DNA of 32,000 bases from Candidatus Heimdallarchaeota archaeon (GTDB taxonomy: Archaea; Asgardarchaeota; Heimdallarchaeia; Heimdallarchaeales; Kariarchaeaceae), in NCBI GenBank assembly GCA_030149205.1, contig JASBSB010000005.1, forward strand, positions 1 through 32,000. Direction: 5' to 3'. The notes beneath the pieces were generated by a model. It worked only from the letters and a program-made list of their open reading frames with translations. It ran no database searches and had not been told where the DNA came from. The position numbers were made by a program, and so were the translations under genes. Below, in pieces: positions 1-8,265 of this stretch. The stretch's first letter is position 1; every line of letters begins with the position of its first letter.

Positions 1-140
1 CTGAAGCAGCGAGCTCCGCTCCTGCGGGATCATAAGCCTCAGAACAAGCGGAAGAGTCTGCTGTGCTCTGTGGTCTGGTACAACCACAGAATCCGAGCTC
101 AGGGGGTGATTCCAGTGTAAACGAATTTTGGGACAAGCTT
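1..140. other. GC-rich, self-complementary segment running off the window edge; possible end of an inserted element or a structured RNA
   Basis: About 55% GC over 1-120 (67/120 counted) against about 22% in 121-180. Hairpin TCTGTGGT/ACCACAGA (68-90), GAGCTC at 11-16 and 95-100, GGAT/ATCC pairing, small CCGC/GCGG hairpin at 16-27. Boundary is approximate. Confidence 0.4.
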
Positions 141-1529
141 ATTTTTAAATTCATTTACTATTTTAATTAACTGTTCTTTTGAAAATGATATTAACTCTTT
201 TTTATTAAATATCATTTTTTCTAATTTCCCGCTTGATATGTTAAGTGCTTTCTCTTGATAAATCTCTTTCTTATTGATAATGTTAAAATCTAAATCTAAG
301 AAATAAGAAGAAGTATTGATTATGCCCTTAGCTAAAAAATGACCTTTGGCAATTTCAATTAAATAACAATTGTTGATTTTTTTGATTATACCCGAAAAAT
401 CAGCATCCCAAAATTCTTGTATTATAGCGATTGAGATCCAAGTATAATTTTGAACAAGCTTCATCAATTTAAACAAACTCGCATTAACACTTTTCTTATT
501 GTCTAATGCTCTAATTCCATACCTATAGCAAAATGAAATAAAATTTTTATCTTCTATCTGATTATTTGCGAAAAGCCTCTGTACTTTTCCGTTAATAGAT
601 GATGGGTGTATAAGAACCGTACTATATCCCATACAATACTTTGATGGAGAGATATCTATTTTATTAGGTATCTTAGGAATCCGGGATAAATTGTTTGAAA
701 TAAAGATATGTGCTTTCGATATATTGACACCAAACTCTTGTGCAATAAGTCTAATCTTAATTTTATCATTTGAGATTATAATCTTAGGTATAATTGATCT
801 GTTTTGCAATGAAACTTCAATTAATTTGTTGGTCTTAAAAAAAAGCCCTGTTATTGGTCTCGTTTGTATAATATATATTTCTCTGTTGTCACTAACCCAT
901 TCAACATCAACCGGAAAATTAATTTTTTTCTCTATACTCTTAATAATTTTCCCCAATTCAATAATTTCAGCATCCAACTCTCCGGTTTTATTAAATTCAA
1001 TCCCATTTTTCGTATAATTTAATTTAATTTCTGTTCCCCTAACATCCCCAGCCATTAGTTTTTGGCCATATCCTCTTACATAAGAAATCTGCCCAATTAA
1101 TTTATTTCCAGTTAGAGGGGATGAAGAAAAAGCAACCCCTGAAAAATTTGCTTCAATTTTCTTTTGAATAATCACTCCAATTTTTTGTTTACCAGAATTT
1201 TGAACTTTTTTACAATTGTTTAACAATTCGTTTTCATCAAATTCACCTAATATTGAAAGAAAATGACCTGCTTTGCTTTCTTCTTCAGAGTCTTCAGTTG
1301 AAGATGAGCTTCTAATAGCTACACTAAATTTTCCTTTCCGAGAAAATTTTTGAGTGTTTTTAAGAATATTTTTAACAACCAACTCATCATCTAAATTGAT
1401 GTTTTTTGATAGAAAAACGCAAGGCGGGACTTTGAATCCATTTTTATTAAGCCAGTTTAACCAATCTGCTTTATTTCCAAATTCCAACTTATCAATTTTT
1501 TCACTAAAATTTTTAATTAATTTAATCAT
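99..1529 (-). CDS. PEP/pyruvate-binding (PPDK N-terminal, ATP-grasp) domain protein with a second ATP-grasp-like domain; probably C-terminally truncated
   Basis: Motifs FGNKA..L..L...G..VP, IRSSSSTEDSEEESKAGHF, IIQ...SGVAFSSSPLTG and PVDVEW...IYIIQTRPI. Second unit NDKIKIR...IIQEFWDADFSGII...IEIAKG. The last residues and the stop come from the GC-rich segment. Confidence 0.75.
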   Translation of the reverse strand: MIKLIKNFSEKIDKLEFGNKADWLNWLNKNGFKVPPCVFLSKNINLDDELVVKNILKNTQKFSRKGKFSVAIRSSSSTEDSEEESKAGHFLSILGEFDENELLNNCKKVQNSGKQKIGVIIQKKIEANFSGVAFSSSPLTGNKLIGQISYVRGYGQKLMAGDVRGTEIKLNYTKNGIEFNKTGELDAEIIELGKIIKSIEKKINFPVDVEWVSDNREIYIIQTRPITGLFFKTNKLIEVSLQNRSIIPKIIISNDKIKIRLIAQEFGVNISKAHIFISNNLSRIPKIPNKIDISPSKYCMGYSTVLIHPSSINGKVQRLFANNQIEDKNFISFCYRYGIRALDNKKSVNASLFKLMKLVQNYTWISIAIIQEFWDADFSGIIKKINNCYLIEIAKGHFLAKGIINTSSYFLDLDFNIINKKEIYQEKALNISSGKLEKMIFNKKELISFSKEQLIKIVNEFKNKLVPKFVYTGITP

Positions 1530-2071
1530 CTCCCTATAAGTAATTTCTCCCTCTTAATATAATTAGATACTGCATTAGGTACGAATTTTTCCCATTGTTG
1601 ATTGTTTTTCATCATATCTCTTATTGAAGTTGCTGAAATTATTCGTTTACTCTGAACTGTTTTAACCTCTAGTTTTAAAGATTTTAATATTTCAATTTTC
1701 TCATAATTCCATTTATTATCAGATTCTGAATTTAAAAGTGTAGTATAATATGTTGCATTTTGTGGAGCATAATTGAGTATCAAATCTGGGTAATTTATAG
1801 GAAAAGGGAGTATTGAGAAAGATTCCAAAGGCCTTTTTAAGTCAGTTAAAACCTCACGTATCATTTGTTGTCTATGAAAATAGCTGAAGGGATTGGATTC
1901 AGGTAGTGATCTTGAGGGGTCATTTCTAGTAAATTTATTTTTTGTAGGATCTGGGTTGGTAATTCCGATATAAACAAAGTCACACTCTTTAAAGGCTGTG
2001 CTGATATGATCGATATGACCATTATGAAACGGTTGAAATCTTCCAAAAACCAATCCCTTCCTCTTTTTCAT
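1526..2071 (-). CDS. Cytidylyltransferase-like / archaeal NMNAT (NadM)-like nucleotidyltransferase
   Basis: GRFQPFHNGH (HxGH), NPFSY..R, ISATSIR and WEKFVP motifs. Start reassigned to MKKRK at 2071. ATGA overlap with the downstream gene at 1526-1529. Confidence 0.85.
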   Translation of the reverse strand: MKKRKGLVFGRFQPFHNGHIDHISTAFKECDFVYIGITNPDPTKNKFTRNDPSRSLPESNPFSYFHRQQMIREVLTDLKRPLESFSILPFPINYPDLILNYAPQNATYYTTLLNSESDNKWNYEKIEILKSLKLEVKTVQSKRIISATSIRDMMKNNQQWEKFVPNAVSNYIKREKLLIGR

Positions 2072-2319
2072 TGAAATATACATTTTTAGTGAGACTTCCA
2101 AATATTTTAAGGTACCGTACAGCCAACTCAAAATATTAGATATTTTTTAATTCTATCATAAATTTGTGAAACGAGTCTATTAATTAGACCTCTATAAATT
2201 CGAATTATCAAATTTGCATTGAACAATATTCCAATTATGATAAACCTCAATGGTACTTAGTTTTTTGCAATCACCATTACCCCGAAAAATATAAAATTGA
2301 TCAAAATATATTTTAACCA

Positions 2320-2593
2320 ATGAAGGTGAAAAACAAGCCTATTGCTTCGAACAAATTGAAGGCGAATATTGATCTGTACTAAATATATGCTTTAATTCTA
2401 ATGCTTATGGGGGTTTTGATTTTTTTTTTCAGTAGATCCCATTTATCAATTTGCACCTGAAGTCACAAATCTATTTGGGTTGTCAAAACCTTTTTTCTCA
2501 TTAGTTGTTAGTTTAATTGGTCTAACTTTTATATTATTGTCAATAACATGTTCGGTTTATAGATTGAATAAAGCAACAACTCAACCCTGGTGA
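2320..2593 (+). pseudogene. Possible decayed small two-TM membrane protein gene
   Basis: ATG at 2320 lies about 24 nt after CGAAAAATATAAAA. In-frame TAA at 2380, then hydrophobic IYALILMLMGVLIFF; removing one T from the T10 run (2420-2429) continues into SVDPIY...FFSLVVSLIGLTFILLSI...QPW and a stop at 2591-2593. Confidence 0.3.
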
Positions 2594-3550
2594 TAAAGGC
2601 AAAAATAACAAAAATGCAAATTACAAATACTGCCAACTGACTGTCATAATTTTGACTGTTTTGATTCTATTGACTAACAAGTTACCACTTGCTGAATTGC
2701 AAAACCCACTATTATGGGGATTTCGATCTCTGGAATATTACACTTTTTTTATTTGTATATTTTCTATACTTTCTTTGAAATTCAGAGCTGTGGTTGGAGG
2801 CACAACAGTTGTTTCTTACAGAGTGGTGCATTTTTTAATTTCAGTGCTTAATCTGACCAATTTTTTGATCTCTAACTTTTTTATCTATGTTAACCTAATT
2901 TTGTATCTCAGAACTCTAACAGATAAATATAATATTGTTTTTTGTAAATTCACCTTAAAGAATCTAGTAATCTCCAGCATTAATCCTTGTTTCTTGTAGT
3001 GTTAAGTCAAATAGGATTCCCTTCTTGATTTTCAACTTTAGGGATTCAATTGTGTTTTTGCGTATAGCTACGGCTAAACGCAATTTTTTTTGAAGCTTGA
3101 ATTTGAAAATGTGATAATCTCAAAATTTAGGGTTAAAATTAATGTTTGTTATTAACATACACTCATAAACCTAATTGATCCAAAAAACAGACTGAGGGAC
3201 TTCATATGGAATCTCTTGTGAAAGCATTTCTTTTGCGTTGCAACAGAACTTTATATCTTGTAGGGATTGAGAGCGTAATATCTGACTTGGTCGTCATTAA
3301 AGACTTAGATGGTTGGATTTTACATCTAAATTGGATTTAGACTGTCCATTAATAAATTCAAACAAACTAACTTAAGCTGCATAGGGAAATACAAGGTTAA
3401 GAAACCATGCGTGAGATTATAACCATAGGATTAATCCAGTTGCTTACTTTACAACGTTTGTCTTATCTCCATGAACGAAGAAGTTTTGATATCAAAACTC
3501 AAAATTGATTGCTAAAATTATATGTTATTGTTAATATTCTAAATAAGGGA

Positions 3551-3745
3551 TTAATATCTGTTGTTTCTACGTGGGGGCCTCTTTGCTCTGTAGCAATCTT
3601 GACAGTAGACAGGTCTCACACCGTCTGGTTTGAAGGGAACTTGGGTTTCCTTACCACATTCTGAACAGACAACTGTATGCATTTCTCTGGGTTCTCTATG
3701 ACCTCTTTCGGGTCTTCTTTCTGATTCGTCATTGGAATAGCTCAT
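3551..3745 (-). CDS. CxxC-x17-CxxC zinc-ribbon small protein, copy 1 (64 aa)
   Basis: CSEC-x17-CQDC with the typical VPFKP..RPVYC pattern; GGTGA Shine-Dalgarno just upstream of the ATG. Confidence 0.9.
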   Translation of the reverse strand: MSYSNDESERRPERGHREPREMHTVVCSECGKETQVPFKPDGVRPVYCQDCYRAKRPPRRNNRY

Positions 3746-3858
3746 TCTATCACCATTTGTGTAATATTACGGAACTATTTTGATTTACAGTGAAAGGAAA
3801 GATAATTACGTAATCTACGATACAATATACTGTGTTGAAGTTTATAAAGGGTTGTTTA
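3746..3858 (-). promoter_or_regulatory. Conserved BRE/TATA promoter and structured 5' leader, copy 1
   Basis: TTTATAAA at 3841-3848; 27-nt block 3792-3818 identical to 4968-4994; palindromes ATTACGTAAT (3805-3814) and GTAATATTAC (3761-3770). Confidence 0.75.
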
Positions 3859-4199
3859 TGAATGAATTATTCTATCATTTGAATTAATTTTTTATTGATT
3901 CTCAATAAATTCATTTTAATTTTTAATATGGGATCCCACCTCTTTCTTCTAATCCTAAGAACCATATCTGTATTAATTTGGATGTACCATATACACATTT
4001 CAATCTCTACCAGGGTTAACATTCTATAGCAACCGAGGTCATTTTTCTAAGGGGAAATAACTATGCATTTTGATTTTCAAAATCTTGGAACTATCGGAGT
4101 GGACAATTTGATTTTTTGTTAGATTCGGCCTCGAATAACCAAAAAAGATTTGTACAAATTTCTTCATAATAGTTTCTATCTTTTGGAATGATTGAATTT

Positions 4200-4511
4200 T
4201 CATAAATTAGTTTCTGGATGTAATGAGAGTTTCACCTCTCTTAAAGTCTCAATTGTCTGTACGCCACCTTTTATGGATGGATCATTTTCCATTATATTAC
4301 GAGCCTCGTTAAGGCTGTCTGCTTTGAAGATGTAAATTCCGAATGGGCTACCCTCATCGATTATTGGACCTGCAAGATAGAGCTTGCCCTCTTTCTGTAA
4401 TTTTTGAAGATATTGAAAATGTTCACTCATCAGTTTCTCATCTTTTTCTGTAAAATTAGTCATGAAGTCTTCTTTATATGGTTTAGCTGTTGCAAAAAAT
4501 GTTTTGACCAT
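4200..4511 (-). CDS. YciI family protein
   Basis: EHFQYL...GKLYLAGP...GIYIF.ADSL.EA...ENDP pattern, 103 aa. Confidence 0.85.
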   Translation of the reverse strand: MVKTFFATAKPYKEDFMTNFTEKDEKLMSEHFQYLQKLQKEGKLYLAGPIIDEGSPFGIYIFKADSLNEARNIMENDPSIKGGVQTIETLREVKLSLHPETNL

Positions 4512-4738
4512 AAAAAATAACGTTCAGTTAATAATTTAAATTGATTGTTACGCTAGTGTTGGTTAGATTAAGAAATTAAAGTTTTGGAGATACCCGATAG
4601 TTGATTTTTTTTGGGTTTACAAGTTCTACTTAGTCTCAGTTGCAAGCATTGCTAATAGTTCAAAATGTTCGAATTTTAAATTTGAAACAAATTTTTTTGT
4701 TGTTTAAATTATATATTTTTTAATATTTTATTATTGAA

Positions 4739-4915
4739 TTAATATCTGTTGTTTCTACGTGGGGGTCTCTTTGCTTTGTAGCAATCTTGACAGTAGACAG
4801 GTCTCACACCGTCTGGTTTGAAGGGAACCTGGGTTTCCTTTCCACATTCTGCACATGTAACTGTGTGCATTTCTCTTTCGGATCTTCTATCTGAATCGTT
4901 GTTGGTATAGCTCAT
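4739..4915 (-). CDS. CxxC-x17-CxxC zinc-ribbon small protein, copy 2 (58 aa; absent from the ORF track)
   Basis: Hand translation: MSYTNNDSDRRSEREMHTVTCAECGKETQVPFKPDGVRPVYCQDCYKAKRPPRRNNRY, then stop; same GGTGATAGA-ATG start context as copy 1. Confidence 0.9.
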   Translation of the reverse strand: MSYTNNDSDRRSEREMHTVTCAECGKETQVPFKPDGVRPVYCQDCYKAKRPPRRNNRY

Positions 4916-5034
4916 TCTATCACCTGTTTTTATTTTGTAATATTACGAAACTATTTTAGTTTTCTGAGAAAGGAAAGATAATTACGTAATCTACTAATTA
5001 ATGGTAAACATGATGGTTTATAAAGGATTGTTTA
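4916..5034 (-). promoter_or_regulatory. Conserved BRE/TATA promoter and structured 5' leader, copy 2
   Basis: TTTATAAA at 5017-5024; 5017-5034 matches 3841-3858 at 17/18 nt; 27-nt block at 4968-4994; GTAATATTAC at 4937-4946; same 22-nt TATA-to-block spacing as copy 1. Confidence 0.75.
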
Positions 5035-5250
5035 GAATTAACTTTTCCAGCAGAAGAATAATCCAATCTCTACATCAGTCTCAGAAAATAAAGAAATTAT
5101 AAAGAATTCAGGGTGATTTAGGCTCTGCATCCTTTGAAAAGTTAGTACTATCCATAAAATTTTTAGAGAATAACTTGTTTGAGTTGATGGATCAATAATT
5201 CAAAGTGAAGAAATAATATTTTACAAAATCATCATGTGAATTCTCGTATT

Positions 5251-6060
5251 CTAATACTCCAGAAGTGTTCCACTTCTTCTGGCGTCCCTTTCTTTTTTGA
5301 GGTAATATTTTACACCAATATAGGGAAAAGCCACTGCTGAAATTAAGCTTATTATAATTTCATACTCAATGGGAATAATTGTCTGAATTACTCCATTTGT
5401 CGAAAAAGCAACTCCTCTCAGGGCATCCACATTGTAGGTGAAGGGAATCATTAATGCGATATAATACCCTGTCTCTGGTAAAGAAGAAACTGGAATAAAG
5501 ACTCCAGATAGAATTATCACAAAAAACGGTAGAAAAAAGGCAGCTCTTAAGCCAGTTTCTTTAGCTGTTATTGTAAATCCGGACATAAATATTCCAAACC
5601 CAAAAGACTGGGCAATTATACCTAAAAATAAAAGAGTAGACCATATTGGGTTATGTAAGGCTGGATTTCCAAATGAGATGAGAACAATAAAGTAATACAA
5701 CACAATAATTCCAACTAAAAATCCAGCCCTGACAAAGAGTACTCCCAATACTGAGGAAAATCTAGGTGCAGGCGATAAAAGTATTGATTCAAGTGTTCCC
5801 TGTTGTTGCTCCTCTGTTATTCTCATCGGGGCATCAGAAGAGATGCTCACAATCATAAAAATGACCATTCCCAGAAATACCTCAGGAGCAAAAGTTCTAG
5901 AATTAATGCCTCCTGTTGGTTGGTATAATATCGCAGTAAAAGCAAATATCAGTGTTAAGAAGAGAGGAAATACAATGGCCCCTAGAATTCGAGCTGGATA
6001 GCGAAGAAATATTATCCTCTCTTTATCTATCATGGCCAAAATAAGTTTGATGTATTTCAT
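5251..6060 (-). CDS. ABC-2 type transporter permease
   Basis: About six hydrophobic helices, EEQQQGTLESILLSP, LSGVFIPVSSLP and PFTYNVDALR motifs; 1-nt overlap with the upstream permease. Confidence 0.9.
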   Translation of the reverse strand: MKYIKLILAMIDKERIIFLRYPARILGAIVFPLFLTLIFAFTAILYQPTGGINSRTFAPEVFLGMVIFMIVSISSDAPMRITEEQQQGTLESILLSPAPRFSSVLGVLFVRAGFLVGIIVLYYFIVLISFGNPALHNPIWSTLLFLGIIAQSFGFGIFMSGFTITAKETGLRAAFFLPFFVIILSGVFIPVSSLPETGYYIALMIPFTYNVDALRGVAFSTNGVIQTIIPIEYEIIISLISAVAFPYIGVKYYLKKERDARRSGTLLEY

Positions 6061-6950
6061 TAGAAAACCCCCAATCCCTGTGTCTTTCTCATAGATCTGT
6101 CGGTCATTGAATAAACCTTAGCTCCAACCAGAGGATAAAAGAGTGATAGGGCTAGAATCACCATGAGGTCCCCATACCAACTTCCTAATATCCATTGAGT
6201 TCCAATCAATGAAGAACGTATCCCATTATTTTGCCAGGTTGGCGGGAGAAGATAGGAGAAAACCTGAAAATATATCGGAAGCAATGTGATTGGGAAGAAG
6301 ATTCCCATTGCCACACCCATGAAATTTGAAATGATTCCCTGTAGGCTCTGCATATCCTTGTACTTCACTACAAGAGCACCAAATCCAAAAGCAAGTCCAT
6401 AGAGGGGAAGCATTCCCACTAAAAGAAAAAGCAGTGCGAACATCACCCCCGAAAATGAAGTGAATGGGTTCACCCTAAAAATCAATCCAGCAAGTATCAA
6501 AGAAACAAAAAAGTTGATAAGAGCTCGCACTATGGCATAAAATCCAGTTCCAAGTAAAACATATATCTGGCTGATTGGTGCTAGATATAATGATTCTAAG
6601 GTTCCGGTAACCTGTTCTCTTCTCAAAAAAAAGCCAAAATTGAACAGGGCACCATTTATGATTTGAAAGACATTAGCCCCTAAAATAGAATAAATGACAA
6701 AATTCGCAGTTGTAGAACCCACTGAGCTTTGAAAGTTTTTCACAGCGTTTCCATATCCTCCTGCGACCGAAATCCCTATAAAAATTGGAAAGACTGAAAA
6801 GAGAAGTGGTGTTATAATGTCAAAGAACAGTGCAGCTTTGTATCTTGATATCTGGGTTGTCCTCTGAACGAATACCCCCCAAGTTATAGACCAATTCGCC
6901 CTCCAAGAGAATTTAGTGTGGTGAGGTTTTGAAATGAACTCTTTATTCAT
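6060..6950 (-). CDS. ABC-2 type transporter permease
   Basis: REQVTGTLESLYLAP and GIFFPITLLP motifs, multiple TM helices; ATGA overlap with the ATPase gene. Confidence 0.9.
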   Translation of the reverse strand: MNKEFISKPHHTKFSWRANWSITWGVFVQRTTQISRYKAALFFDIITPLLFSVFPIFIGISVAGGYGNAVKNFQSSVGSTTANFVIYSILGANVFQIINGALFNFGFFLRREQVTGTLESLYLAPISQIYVLLGTGFYAIVRALINFFVSLILAGLIFRVNPFTSFSGVMFALLFLLVGMLPLYGLAFGFGALVVKYKDMQSLQGIISNFMGVAMGIFFPITLLPIYFQVFSYLLPPTWQNNGIRSSLIGTQWILGSWYGDLMVILALSLFYPLVGAKVYSMTDRSMRKTQGLGVF

Positions 6951-7954
6951 TTTCTGGTGTCCTCCGATAATGATCTCCCTGTTAATTCAATGAAAACATC
7001 TTCTAGGCTAGGTTCTGATCGACTGAGCGCATCTATTATTCCACCATTATTAATGATTACCTCCATGATTTTATGGAGACTTGAATCACCAGAAACCTCA
7101 ATTTGAAGTGATGTTAATCCATCATTGGTTTGTGAGGTTCCCACTCCTTTGACAAACTCCAATGAATTAAGTTTTGCAACAATATCCTCTGAAATTACAC
7201 CTGTGACTTTAACACTTCTTTCCATTTTAGAAAGCTTTTTGATGTTATCTGGCGTATCCTTTGCTATAATTCTTCCCTCATCAATTATGGCAACCTCATC
7301 ACAGAGTTCTGTTATCTCAGACATAATATGTGAGGTATACACAACAGTTTTACCCTCACTTGGAAGCTTTTTCACTATTTGTCTGAGCTTTCGAGCTCCT
7401 TGAACATCCATCGCAATGGTTGGTTCATCAAGAAATATGACCGGAGCATCATTAAGCAAAGCTTTTGCAAATGCCACTTTCATACGTTGTCCCGATGAAT
7501 AACTCTCCACAGTCCTATCAATAAATTCCTCCAATTCGAGAAGCTTAATCAAATATTGAATCCTATCCAAAATGAAATCTGGATCAAGTGAATACAACCT
7601 CCCAAAAAAAGTCAAATTCTCTCGACCAGTAAGTTTCCAATAAAGCCCCCGTTCTCCCATCAACATACATCCTATACTGGCTCTTACCTGTTTTTCATCA
7701 TTTATAACGTCATAGCCGTTGATCTTCAAGATTCCAGAGGTAGGGATTAAAAGGGTGGTCAAACATTTGATTAATGTGGTTTTTCCAGCACCGTTTGGAC
7801 CTAGCAGACCAAAAATAACTCCCTCTGGAATATCTAGGTCAATAGATTTTAATGCATGAACTTGTTTGGTTTCTGCACCAGAGAATAAGCCCTTTCTAAT
7901 TTTGGAACTGTAAGTCATTTTCAGATCTTTTATAGATATTATGGCACTCAACAA
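6947..7954 (-). CDS. ABC-2 type transporter ATP-binding protein (DrrA/CcmA-like)
   Basis: Walker A GPNGAGKTT, signature YSSGQ, Walker B IFLDEPT, H-loop YTSH, C-terminal EPSLEDVF. Confidence 0.95.
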   Translation of the reverse strand: MLSAIISIKDLKMTYSSKIRKGLFSGAETKQVHALKSIDLDIPEGVIFGLLGPNGAGKTTLIKCLTTLLIPTSGILKINGYDVINDEKQVRASIGCMLMGERGLYWKLTGRENLTFFGRLYSLDPDFILDRIQYLIKLLELEEFIDRTVESYSSGQRMKVAFAKALLNDAPVIFLDEPTIAMDVQGARKLRQIVKKLPSEGKTVVYTSHIMSEITELCDEVAIIDEGRIIAKDTPDNIKKLSKMERSVKVTGVISEDIVAKLNSLEFVKGVGTSQTNDGLTSLQIEVSGDSSLHKIMEVIINNGGIIDALSRSEPSLEDVFIELTGRSLSEDTRK

Positions 7955-8265
7955 AGCTTTATGTGGATATAGTTTAATAAGCCTTTTCTTTCAAATAAAA
8001 TTATTGGCATGAGAATATCCCCTCAATCTTAATTCTACTATGTTAATTTAAAGCAATAATGTATGTGATTAATAATTACCATGAAGATTGGATGAAATGT
8101 TATGGTAAATAAAAACCTTAGAATTTAAATGGGAGATTATCTGAAATCTATCTTTAGAAGTTACCATTAATTAATAATTCTCTTTCTAATTGAAATCATG
8201 AAACAAATCATAGGCTACAGGAAGTGAATTGATTTATTGATGAACTGCCTATGCTATACCTATTT

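Noticed and set aside
30-101. Selenocysteine readthrough of the TGA at 99-101 using the downstream structure
   Set aside because: Further in-frame TGA stops follow within about 20 codons, the readthrough peptide does not continue the domain, and no clear SECIS core is present.
1-115. SRP RNA (GAAGCAGC) or RNase P RNA 3' end (ACAGAATCCGAGCTCA) on the + strand
   Set aside because: Local hairpins are incompatible with the SRP helix-5 3' strand. The RNase P-like match has an extra base in P4 and its ACAGA is tied up in a hairpin. The needed 5' partner lies outside the window, so neither is supportable.
2652-2999. 115-aa + strand ORF
   Set aside because: TTG start, no motif, and composition typical of AT-rich non-coding or antisense sequence.
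3206-3340. 44-aa ORF MESLVKAF... and a nearby TTAGATG/CATCTAA hairpin
   Set aside because: No recognisable motif or clear promoter/RBS; expected by chance.
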